Below are positions 49,201-60,400 of a stretch of 64,000 nucleotides of DNA, one piece after another. A program made the position numbers and the translations under genes. Under the pieces are notes generated by a model. It searched no databases and had not been told where the DNA came from. It saw only the letters and a list, made by a program, of their open reading frames with translations. Numbering within the stretch: the first letter of the stretch is position 1; each line of letters opens with the position of its first letter. This DNA comes from Nemertoderma westbladi (Eukaryota; Animalia; Xenacoelomorpha), in NCBI GenBank assembly GCA_032718475.1, contig JAUCBJ010008257.1, positions 1 to 64,000 on the forward strand. The letters are read 5' to 3'.

Positions 49201-50237
49201 GGATAGCAGCCAGATAGGGCTACTGCATTACCTACCGGTAGGCGGGGTATAGCTATTAATAACCAGTTGGGCCTAGCTATAATATTATAACATGGCTCCA
49301 AACGCCACCATAAATATAAGCTAACTTATTTATAACATAATTTATGTAATTTTTACAATTATTTATACAGCAACTAATATAATTTGTGCAGTTTCTATCA
49401 CTTATAATGTATATGTACAATCATTTAGTAATGTTAAAATTTTGTAATAAAACTACATACATACTTCTTGCGAAGTACTTTACAGTGTTCTGATCCTCGT
49501 GGCTTTATTTTCACTCACTCACTAACGTTCGTCCGTGTAACAAAGCCACTCGGAGTCGGATCATCACACTGTAAAGTGCTACTTTACACAAAAGTATGTA
49601 AATAGTTATTACATAATAATTATAATGTACTGTACTAATTATTGGTAATGAGAACAATAATAAGATATAAATTTTACCTGCTGCTGCTAGTGCACTGAAT
49701 GTCCTGTCGAACTCCAGCTGTTTCTTCATCCATAGTATCACTCTGATTTCCAACCGCAACCCGTTTCTTTCCTCTGAATCGTGTTGCGATACCAATGGAA
49801 TACCCATCTTGATCGCTAGCACTTGCAATGTCCGAACCCTCACAGACAACGCGCTCCTCTATTGCCTTAGCTGCCAATAGATCATCTGAAAAATATTATT
49901 AACATTGAAATTTAGTCTACAGTACTGTAATAATTATTATTTGATTTAATAATTATTAGATTGTTAGATATTCATATACGATGATCCTATCTAATTATCA
50001 GTATACTACCGTTAAAATACCTTTGCATGAGTTTCGAATAAATGTGCAAGGCCAAGATCCCCATTGCCCAACTGCAGTGTCACCAGCAGGTAACGACTCC
50101 CTCAGCGCCTTGGATGCAAGTTTAGTGTTTATGGGATATGCTGATGTAAGTCCATCGGCCGACAACCATCCACTACATATTGTTGCAACTTCCTCAACGC
50201 CATCCGGGCCCGTGAAGATGACAACACAATAAGCCAT
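46295..50237 (-). CDS. Five-exon 354-aa protein, EnSpm accessory (DUF4806/TnpA-like); exons 50237-50021, 49885-49678, 48917-48481, 47910-47814, 46400-46295
   Basis: All four introns are GT-AG with matching phases (1,2,1,2), giving a 1065-nt open frame. N-terminus MAYCVVIF...EEVATICSGWL...AYP; late AISAFFRQASNR; acidic tail. Confidence 0.72.
46588..47637. repeat. 34-bp tandem repeat (about 31 copies) in intron 4 of the EnSpm gene
   Basis: Unit CATAATGTAGGCCTACAGTACTAACCCAATCCCC. Confidence 0.97.
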
Positions 50238-51017
50238 ATGTACAGAATATATACAGAATATCGTTTATAAACAGAATATCGAAATATTACAGTTAGTTCA
50301 GGTTTACCAATCAAATAGCAATTTAATTAATGTATTACAAAAATTTAAGGAAATAAAAAAAACAATAAAACTGTTAATGAAATAATACCCATCACAGTTC
50401 AGTACCTACTTGTATTGCATGCATATATATATGTTCTTTAGGTAAGTAGATGCATTTACTAATAATGTGAATAATAATAAGTGTAAATACAGTAAACATT
50501 ATACTGTAATATGCAACTTTACTCAAATCCTATAATATAATCCTATAATAATACTGACAAATATAGTGTAAGTAACCGTAACCAATCAGAAGCAATATAT
50601 TATTATAACACCATAGGCAGGTATTGTGTTGTTGGGCAGTGTGTCTACTGTAATATCCATCCACATGGGAATGTATCATGGCGTCTGTCTGGCGCATTGT
50701 AGAACTACAATATGAACGTTATTTCACTTAAAAATAACGTTGAAAATTAACGTTTATAATTAAACTCGGAATTAACGTTGCTATCGAACGTCATCACACA
50801 TTGAGAGATCGATGAAAATTAACGTTCGAATTTTACGCTGAATTAACGATTATGATTGGTTTATTTTAAACATGTAATTTTTCTAGCATAGTGGAACGTT
50901 AATCAAACGTTGAACAATATGTTATTTATTCATGTGATTTTCCAACTTAATCCACACCTATATTAACGTAAATTTAACGTACCATGTTTGCAGGGTTATT
51001 TAATTAAAACGTTATAT

Positions 51018-51473
51018 CGTGACCAAAGAGCCAGAACAACACTCACCAAAAAATGTGGTTTCGAGAAAAATGTAAAAAACCTTCTCATTTCCCTCTATAT
51101 GGATCCCGTCTCCTGATTTTTTCGACAGAGGTCTGGGAAGATACAATGAAACATTTTATAATAGTGGCTAGCATTCAGAATAAATTTTGTTAATGAAAAA
51201 AACTGTTTTTTGTTATTTTCCAAAGAGGCAAAATAACACATACCGGTACTGAAATTTAACATTAACTCTAGTCTGTGTGTGTTGTTTTACCTCTAACGGT
51301 TTTCAACTTTTATGTTGTGAGGGTTGTTCTGGTTTTACATATCTCCTAAACGGACTGACATACAAGTCTAGGATTTTAACATAAGATGTAGAACGCCATC
51401 TTGAGTATTTTTGGTAAAAAAACTTTTTTTTTTAAAATTGTGGTATGTGTTGTTCTGGCTCTATATGGTCACG
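51018..51473. mobile_element. Sola1-like MITE
   Basis: TIR CGTGACCAAAGAGCCAGAACAACAC / GTGTTGTTCTGGCTCTATATGGTCACG with ATAT TSD. Confidence 0.7.
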
Positions 51474-52524
51474 ATATTCCACTTTGCCTTCCCTATGGGG
51501 TTTATGTCCAAAAATGCGCGAAATGATCACAAACACCAACCATGTTTTAACAAATTATTAATAATTGGATTAGATACACCCCCAAACGGGGTAAAATGGT
51601 AAACAATATAAAATATATACAGAGAGACACAAAAGGATATTATAAATTCAATTTGTAAAAATAATATTAAAAGCTAAAAAATTGCAGAGTTATATGCGTG
51701 GTAGAGACGCGATTGGGGGGCATTGCGGACACTGTAGTGCGTGGTATCTTAAGATTGCGGAGGTGGAACATAGTTTACAGCGGGAGTTATCGGAGAATAT
51801 GTGGAACGGGGTGGGGTTGCAGCATAGTTTGTAATTACCCATGCGCCAGGAAATTTGTAACTAAGAAACCAACGGTTTTCCAGGTTGGGTTTTTGAAGGC
51901 GGGTCCTGTAGTGTATTGTTGGTTTTTGAAGTTAATATTTCTTATTTGTCTGTGAGCTCGGTATTGATTAAGAGTTTCCAGGTTGAAAGCGTGCAGATCA
52001 GATATTGTTCAAGTGTATCCTCTATAAAGGTGTTTTGATTGACAAGTTTCAAGGCCATTCATTGTGGATGGTGCAGAGCTGTGGTGAAGAACTTATCAAT
52101 TAAGTGATAAATTATTAATTGTGTTTAAATTAAAACATCAACGGAAAGCGGAAAGGATCATGTTACCGTGGCGGTGTTTTCTAACCAAAACACTAAACGT
52201 AATTTATTTTACTTGAGTTGAAATTGTGCTGGAGATCACCTTTTTTCAGTTGCGGTCAATTTGCGTCACTACCTGTAAAGTATACACACCATGTCCTGGA
52301 ATATAGTGTCGTTATTCTGGTACCTGGACCCCCCCCCCCCCAAATTTTTCTACAAATCTTAATGAGATAGCATGAAATTTGAAACATAGATAGTTGAGTT
52401 TCACCTCCCTCATCTTTGCTGGGTGAGCTAGAATTTTTATTTTGCTTTCATTCTTTAGCTACAAGAGTTTGAAAAAGGTGTCTCCGTCGGTATTACGCCA
52501 GTTACACCGCAGTTATTCTTCAAC

Positions 52525-53972
52525 CTTAAGATATTGACAGAAAGCTGGCCATGCAAGTATTGTGGCTGGTTGCGAGAAAAGGGACCTGGGGAAAAAATGT
52601 TCATTCTGAGAAAAACGCGTTTAAAGTTTGGCTCTTAAAATCGACTGTTTTCATTGGTTTATTGGTCGTTATTGGGTTTTATTAGAGCGAAATTCAAACT
52701 GTATTATACTAGTAATAGTACTAAGCACCGTATACACTTGTTATTTTAGATTATCGTAGAATATCTGTAGCCTGTTCGGATAGTTATTGTACAAACAAGT
52801 TAATACACTAATAATTTAGAATTTATTATGGAAACTGAAGCAGAGTGGCTGTACCTATTAAATAATAGGGTTTTCAGGTCGCTGATCATGATAAAACTTG
52901 TTAAAAATATTTTTTGGAAAAGCAACCATCATTTTGTGTGCTATTTTGGTCCACCAGTATGAAAAGTACAAGTAAAAAAATGTCAACATAAAAAAATTTG
53001 TGTTTGGTTTGATAATTCTGAACGTGTGTTTTCGAGGTCGCTGATTACGATGAAACTAGTTATAAATATTTCTGGTAATGCAAACCCAATTTTGGTGCTA
53101 TTCTAATGCCCCAGAACGAAAATTACAAGTAGCACAAACTTATAAACTGTCAAATTATGCCTATGATTTGGTAATTCTGAAGCTATACTGGTTTTCAAGG
53201 TAGCTGATCACGATATAACACATTACAAATCATTCGTGGTAACGCAACTGATTTTGAACAAAATTTTGGTGCTTTTCTGTTGGGACGAAAATTACAAGTA
53301 GCAAACATTTCAAATTGCAAAAAGCGAATTTGGTTGGATAATACGATATTTTTGAGTGTCATATTCGTTATCAGTGTCCCAGAAAACCCATAATGTCTAA
53401 AATTCAGGTTGATTTGGTAATGATTGTTGGTTATCAAACTTTTGCTACTTGTATTTTTCGTGCCGCACATTCACACATATCGAAAAAATTGTTTTAATTC
53501 GTGATCAGCATTCCAAAAAAACCATATGTTCATAAAATCAATTTAATTTTGTGGTGATTTTTCATTATCATATTTGCACTACGATTTTTTTTCGTGCCTC
53601 AAAGGGCACATTCAAAATTACCAAAAATATTCTAGAATGTTATATTTGAGTTTAATATTTGTGATCAGTGTCCAAAAAAACCGCTATATATAGCGCAAAA
53701 AATTAATTTTAGTGAATTATAAAAACATTCGAAAATTTTAGCACGAAAAATACCTGAGATGGATGCCAGAATGGACCACATCAAAAAATTAACATTGGTT
53801 GCGAGAAAAGGGACTGCGTTTTTAATTTTTTGTTTAAACTCGCATAACTTTTTAACGAAAAACGATATGAAAAAACTAGTTCGATATTCGGAAAGCCCAG
53901 AAAATTCTGCATCTAATAGGCCTAAAAACGCTGTAAAAGCTTTTGCGTAATTAGCCGGTTATTTACCCTTAA
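52525..53972. mobile_element. Non-autonomous DNA-transposon relic with inward-facing about 150-bp subrepeats, TTAA end
   Basis: GGTTTTC..GGTCGCTGAT x3 (52870, 53030, 53191) faces ATCAG..TCC..AAAACC x3 (53370, 53503, 53663). GGTTGCGAGAAAAGGGAC occurs twice; the relic ends in CCCTTAA. Confidence 0.45.
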
Positions 53973-53979
53973 AGTACTC

Positions 53980-56900
53980 TGTAGTTGGTTTGCCAGGCAT
54001 AAAAAGGCCGTGTCCTTGCTGTACTGGTGTTTTAGAGGACATAAAAGTCATTTCTTATGTATTTGTACTGTATTTGTACTTTAGAGGACATAATCCACAA
54101 TCTCGTGACGCAATAGCTGGATACTTTGAAACAGTGTCGCTACCATGACGACGGCTAGCAGCTGATATTGCCACGTCGACGTTTCTTTGTTTCTTTGTTC
54201 TCTCGTTGTTCAGGTTGACCAATCAGAGCGTTTGTTGTCTCTGTGTTGGAGGTATATACAGAAACTCAGTAGTTCAGTGTTATGTTTTTGCCCAGAGCCT
54301 AAGAACCGGCTTTTGGCACCTCCGTGTTTCAGTTTTTAGTCTTACACTAGTAGGTTTAATTATAAGGGCATATATCCTTTAACTGACATACCGATCAAAC
54401 TCATGGAATCACTGATCTGGGAATACACTGACTGCTGACACACGGCTTTTAATAACTGCTGAAACTGCTAAAATTACCTGCTCAATCGATACTGTATACT
54501 GCTATTTGTTGTCGGTTATTCATTATGTTGGTTGATGAATTATTATATTGGAATAACGAGAAATAACCCCCGAAAACCCAATATTCTTGATATACCGAAG
54601 GTAAGAGAGAAAGGTTACCAATAAAGATTGTGACTTATGTTAAAGTGGTTTGAAGTGAATCTAATGTTATTTGATAGACCCTACATGAGTCAGTCTGTGT
54701 TCCTTTTATATGTGACTAAAATCAGTGAAGATTGGCAGATTAGTGTGCAGTATTCTGCAGCATTGTGTATGAGTGAGTCTGTTAAAGAAGCAATTCCTAA
54801 AGAATGCGCCATATATGTGAATTATAATTAAGCCATATCGTTGTGAGTAGTTTAAGTCATAACTCTGTTTATATAGATAAAGCGCCACGTCCTAAAGGAA
54901 CTGTTAATATTCCCCGAAGGTGAATAATATTGTCAGAGATTATATAATACTGTCAGTCGAATAATACATTAGGCTTACATAGCAATAAAATTAAACCGTC
55001 GAACCCAATCTCCCGGGAATATCCAGCGGGTGAATGATCGCGCACAGATTGGTTTCGACTAGTGTAGTGAATTAAATACTTGTCATAGACTAAAAGTGAT
55101 TTATTATCTAGAAGACATTCTAATTTGGCGGGTTAAACTGCCAAAGGTCTGAAAGCGCGAACATTAAAGGATATTGCTTCTTTGTTGCAGTAAGCAATAA
55201 AGTTGAAAGTACCGGTCAACCGGTACATCTGTAGGTCAGTAGGCCCAACCGCTAGAACCGGTACATCTGTAGGTCAGTAGGCCCAACCGCTAGAACCGGT
55301 ACTTCTGTAGGTCCGTAGGCCTAACTGTCCTAACCGGTACTTTCCGTATAAGTACAGCAGTATTATTCGATTTGATTGTTGTATACCGGTAGGCTGTTTA
55401 AGAGATTAGGGACTGTACACCCCTTGTTTCTTTTGGAGCTTACTTATTTCTGTCAAGTTTTATTTATTTGTAGGCCAGTATTGAACAGAAGGCGTGTAAG
55501 CCTGATCAGATTGTACAGACGATTTGTAGGCTGAGCTGTTGTCTGATTGCTGTTAAGTCCGAACGAATTGCAGTGTGTGTAGATCACCTGTCCGATTAAG
55601 TACGGTTAGGAAGTAGGGGCAGCGAACGCTGTAAGGTAAACCCCCAACTAAAGAATAAGTCGCACTACTGGGTTAGAGCGCATACTCCCTAATCATTTCG
55701 GAGTCTGCATGTCCTGTAGTTTATTTAGGCTTGAGAGTAGTCTGCCATCGTTTGGTCTGTACTTTGTTTGTGTAGTCTGTACAGGTAGCGTATAATATCA
55801 TTTAGATAATTTGTGGGCTGGATAGTTGTCTGTCTGTTATTAGGTCTGAACGGATTGCAGTGTGTGTAGAGCCCTTGTCCGATAAAGAACGGTTGGGAAG
55901 TTGGGGTAGCCATTGCTGTAAAGTAAACCCCCAATTAAAGAATAAGTCGTACTACTGGGTTAGAACGCATACTACCTAACTATTTCGGAGTCTGCATGTC
56001 CTGTAGTTTATTTAGGCTTGATAGTAGTCTGTCAGTATTTAGTCTGCATTTTTGTTTGAGTGGTTTGTACGCGTAGCGTAATATGTATTATTCAGAGTTT
56101 ATGCGATTATTCGCAACATTCAAGTCCCCAAGTTTGTTCCTACAGTAATTGTGTTTGTTATACATACCGCTATAGTTAAATTAACCCCGGTACTACACGG
56201 GCTGCTCGGCGTAGGTAAAGACTGGTGATTTTGTGCATCGGTCACTCCAGCAGATGCCGTGGTTCTTTTAGCTGTTCAAGTATATTTAACTACTGATTAT
56301 CTGTTATACAAGTACTCGTACCTAATTTAGGGTTTAGTGTACAGTACTTTCCGAAGTAATTAGTGTAGACATTATATCTGTGTTGTAAAGTGGTTGATAG
56401 GCACATTCGATTAGCTCTATTAACTTCTAGGTAGGAACACTCCGTGATACATAACGTAGAACCTATAGCGATACGGCTATAGGTCGTCAGGCGGTGGTAT
56501 TTTCCTATCTGGACAACGCAGTGTATTTACTACTACTTATTATTTCAAATACCGCAGTACCCTGTCCGTTGTAATAACCAGATTTCTAACCCTTTGTTAG
56601 GCTGGTTTGTAGACTTCTTGTAAAATTACCCTAAAATTTCGTATTTTGTGTTTTTGTAAATTTTTGTGTTTATTTAGAGATTGTAATCTCACCCGAATTG
56701 TACGTAATTTGTAGTATTAAGTAACTTAGGTAAATTAGCATTATTTGTTTTAGTGTCCTATAAGTAACACTTCACTGAAAGCGCACCGCTTTGTGTAGTG
56801 ATTACTCCCCAGAAATAATAACATTTATTTCAAACATAGACAAAACCCATTAAAACGGGTATATATATATTATAAATCAAATCTAACGATTTATAAATAG

Positions 56901-59900
56901 TAGGCCTGCCATACAACAATTAGGTCTCAATATCAGTTGGACTACTGCTTAAATAACGGCAATAAAGTAAGTTGAGGTAACCAAGTAACCCTTAAAATTC
57001 AGAAATTCAGTTATTTAAAATAATTGATATACCGGTATTTACAATAGGCCTATTATCTTTATTTCTATAAATTTAGGCTGAAATTATACCGGTACTTGTA
57101 ATTAATTCTAGTCCAGAATTATATATACTACAAACTGTAAGCTGTATACCGGTATTCCCGATAGGCCTATTATATATTTATATATATTTGTGCTAAAATT
57201 ATACCGGTATTCTGTGATAAACCTAGTCTGTAATAATAGTTATATATACTATAAGCATACCGGTATTCTAATATATTATATATATCACGCTACACTAAGT
57301 AGCAGTACCGGTAATTAATTACTAGGCTATCAGTTAATACTGAGTTACTAGACTTGCTCAGACTGTAATACAGCAGTAGACATTCAACTGTACACATAAG
57401 CATGTCTGACGCAAGACATAACCTATCAGACAGTCTACTAGATACAACCGAGAGCGAAGTGACGGCAGAGAAGCCGCATAAGAGGGATGCCATTGACATC
57501 TACCTGTCAGACTATCAGCGTTTCGTAGGTGATGAAGAGTTGCGGAGAAGACTAGATGGGCTTAGCCCTAATAGTGAAGGAGCCCAGCGTGTGTTGGATG
57601 CAATTGATGTGGATAGGTTAGCGGCGAACCAAGCTAAATTCGATGAACAACTCCGCATCGCTAGAGACCAAGAAGAACAATTAAAGAAAAAACGTATAGA
57701 AGATAGAAAGGCAGCGGCAGTGGCAGCAGCAGTGGCAGAGGCAGAAGCGGAAAGAAAGGCGGCAGCAGCAGTGGCAGAGGCAGAGGCAGAAGCGGAAAGA
57801 AAGGCGGCAGCAGCAGTGGCAGAGGCGGAAAGAAAGGCAGCAGTGGCAGAGGCCGAAGCGGAAAGGAAAGCGGCAGCAGCAGTGGCAGCGGCAGAAGCCG
57901 AAAGAAAAACAGCAGAGGCAGTGGCAGAAGCAGAACGGAGGGCATCTGAAGAGGCAACCCAACTAGAGTTGGAAAATCTTCAAGAGAGGCAAGACAACTT
58001 CAATAAACAGTTAACAGCTAGTAATATGCAGATGATGAGTCGATCTACTCCCAAAAGACAGGGGTATACATCATCTGAAGAAGGCGATACCACCGATACT
58101 GAAGGCAAAGGAAATAGATCTCGTCTAAGTAGACGTAAAAGAACATTCCACCGTCAGAAATTGCCTGATTTGCCTCCAGCTGTTAGAAGGCAACTCAATA
58201 ACACCAACTTAGGTAGTACAGAGCCCACAGACCAAATAATTAAAATAGAAAGACTCCCTACTATAGTAGATGAGCCTGAAATAATTAGGCCTGTTCTTGA
58301 AATCACCCCTTCGGTGATAGACACACCTGTGCTCCCTGAAACTACCTCTAAATTCCCTCTGCATAGCACTAAGCTACCTGTGCCCCGTAGAACTGCCCAG
58401 GAGACAGTTCAGGTCCTGGACCCCGAGCGAAATATTCCAAATTTGTCGCCCGTTGTCCCTCGTCTGCCCGCTACGACGTTGGCGGATCCCGTTTCGGCGG
58501 TTGATTGGGTAGACGAGAGACGGCGGGGGATGGATATCCTGCTCGGGCAGATGCAGGAGACTGTCCAGCAATTCAAGGGCACAGTAAGGAAAAGTAGGCT
58601 AGAGTTGCAAGAAGTGCAGCAAAGTATCGCGCTTGAACGCGATAAATTAGTAAAGAGACGACGCCGTGGATCTGAACCTCCCCACCGCGAGTGGATCCTT
58701 CATGAAGATCAGAGAGAGCGATTGGAGCTCTGGAACATCAGACGTCTCGCAGGGATTCTCACCTCTCCTGCAGGGAGCGACGGACCACTATAGCTCCTGG
58801 AATCTGCTTTGTAAGGCCGTCGTGTACTTAGAGCGATGTTTCTATCGTCACTATTCCAGGACGAAGAGGAAACCTGGAATTGTATTCGGGATGCAGCGAC
58901 TCAATCACCCAGTCGGTCGTTTGTGTTTACCGGAAGGGAATGGAGGACTCTCCGGAAACTGTGGAAGGCAAGATTCTCTTCCCACGACCACCTCCCTAAT
59001 CCTTCAAACATCTAGGGACTCCATAACGTAACAACATATGGAGTGGGTGTGTGACTCTATTATTTTATATTATTTTATTATTTTTATATTTCTGTATGGA
59101 TTACTATGTAATTTTATTATAATCGTTTTCTTTAATTTTATTCAGTAGAATGTTATTTTAGCGATTATTTTGTAGAATAGTGCAATATATTCGTGTTTAT
59201 TACGTACGTAATTACTTATATTATATTTAGTGAGACGGCGAAGAAATAAGTATTTTTCTCTTTCCTTACTGTCCGTATTATATTATAAATACGTAACTAC
59301 AGTAAGATGAAATGTCCGTACTTATTAAAGTACAATAAAGCCACTACTATATTTAAGTATTATTGGTAGGCAGAGTATTAGGAATGCAAAGTTCAGATCC
59401 TCGTGTCTCGGCTAAACCAAGCTCTGGGTAGACCTTGGAAACGACTTGCCTCTTCACACTGACATTGCTTCGTACAATATTGCTCTCATACCGTATATTA
59501 AATAATACATATAGTAGCGTGATGTCCCTTTAACAGTAGCGTATAACGCAAAATAAATCTGTTAAACCCTTTGACCATCTGTAATTCTAGTCGATTAAGA
59601 TATCGTGGCACCCACCGATATACTTGAAAGACAAATTATAGAATCAGTGGTTAACGTCCCCAGACAAGTTCTGGAATAAATCGGTGCCCATCTCAAATAT
59701 TAATTAGTTAATATTTACAAATCAAATAAGTCAAAATCTGTAAATTTCAGATCCTTCAACAATTCTAGTCAATTAAGATATCGTAGCATTTACCGATATT
59801 CTTAAAGAGACAATTTTCTTAGAATTAAGGATCTTGTGTCCCTAGACAAGTTCTAGAATCAAAATATGTCCATTTAATTATCAAATAATAAAATTTCAGG

Positions 59901-60400
59901 GAATAAATTTAAATTCATGTCTTTTAATGAATTTAATAAATTGCCATTTTACGCAATTTATAACATTCCCAAAATTCCATTAATTAATAGATCAAGGGAG
60001 CGGAGATTTATATTATCATGCGTATGAGTGTGTGAAAGTCTCCCAAACATAGTCAATAGCCGATAAAATTCATAAAGTCATGTATAAAACAGAACATTGA
60101 CTATTAAAGAATACTATTAAATAACATCCCAGATCTGTATGCATTGGAATTACTCTAATTCTACCGCTAGCTTTGCATAATGTCACCATAGCAACAACCA
60201 CGCTAGAATTAGAATTGAGTTAAAAGAACAATAGAAAGCTTGTCCCATTAAATAGCATAAGGAATAAATAGCGCACTACTAGTATCCAAAGATACATAAT
60301 AATACAGTGACATTCTGGAAGGCATTGACTAACGGACTAATGGCCCGAATGTGTGTAATTTGTGACAAGTTGTGTGTGTGGTATTTGTGAGTTTATAGGT
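53980..60400 (+). mobile_element. Non-autonomous BEL/Pao derivative (LTR, leader, truncated gag, 3' region)
   Basis: 54344-58653 is homologous to 2780-7917. Capsid, PR, RT and IN are absent. A candidate PPT/LTR junction TGGCCCGAA-TGT lies at 60341-60352. Both outer ends are uncertain. Confidence 0.8.
57402..58793 (+). CDS. Truncated BEL Gag N-terminal coiled-coil protein fused to an unrelated tail (463 aa)
   Basis: Collinear with the N-terminal part of the 4912 ORF up to ...ALERDKLV, then switches sequence. Confidence 0.7.
   Translation: MSDARHNLSDSLLDTTESEVTAEKPHKRDAIDIYLSDYQRFVGDEELRRRLDGLSPNSEGAQRVLDAIDVDRLAANQAKFDEQLRIARDQEEQLKKKRIEDRKAAAVAAAVAEAEAERKAAAAVAEAEAEAERKAAAAVAEAERKAAVAEAEAERKAAAAVAAAEAERKTAEAVAEAERRASEEATQLELENLQERQDNFNKQLTASNMQMMSRSTPKRQGYTSSEEGDTTDTEGKGNRSRLSRRKRTFHRQKLPDLPPAVRRQLNNTNLGSTEPTDQIIKIERLPTIVDEPEIIRPVLEITPSVIDTPVLPETTSKFPLHSTKLPVPRRTAQETVQVLDPERNIPNLSPVVPRLPATTLADPVSAVDWVDERRRGMDILLGQMQETVQQFKGTVRKSRLELQEVQQSIALERDKLVKRRRRGSEPPHREWILHEDQRERLELWNIRRLAGILTSPAGSDGPL

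Larger units (their letters stand above)
45736..50995 (-). mobile_element. EnSpm/CACTA (CMC)-like DNA transposon, transposase-less, 5.26 kb
   Basis: Perfect 11-bp TIR CCCTGCAAACA / TGTTTGCAGGG, 2-bp TSD TT, and dense subterminal AACGTT/ACGTT repeats at both ends. Confidence 0.82.

Noticed and set aside
51480-52130. Minus-strand RCKLC...HALQC knuckle suggesting a LINE C-terminus
   Set aside because: Too degenerate to support a call without a search.
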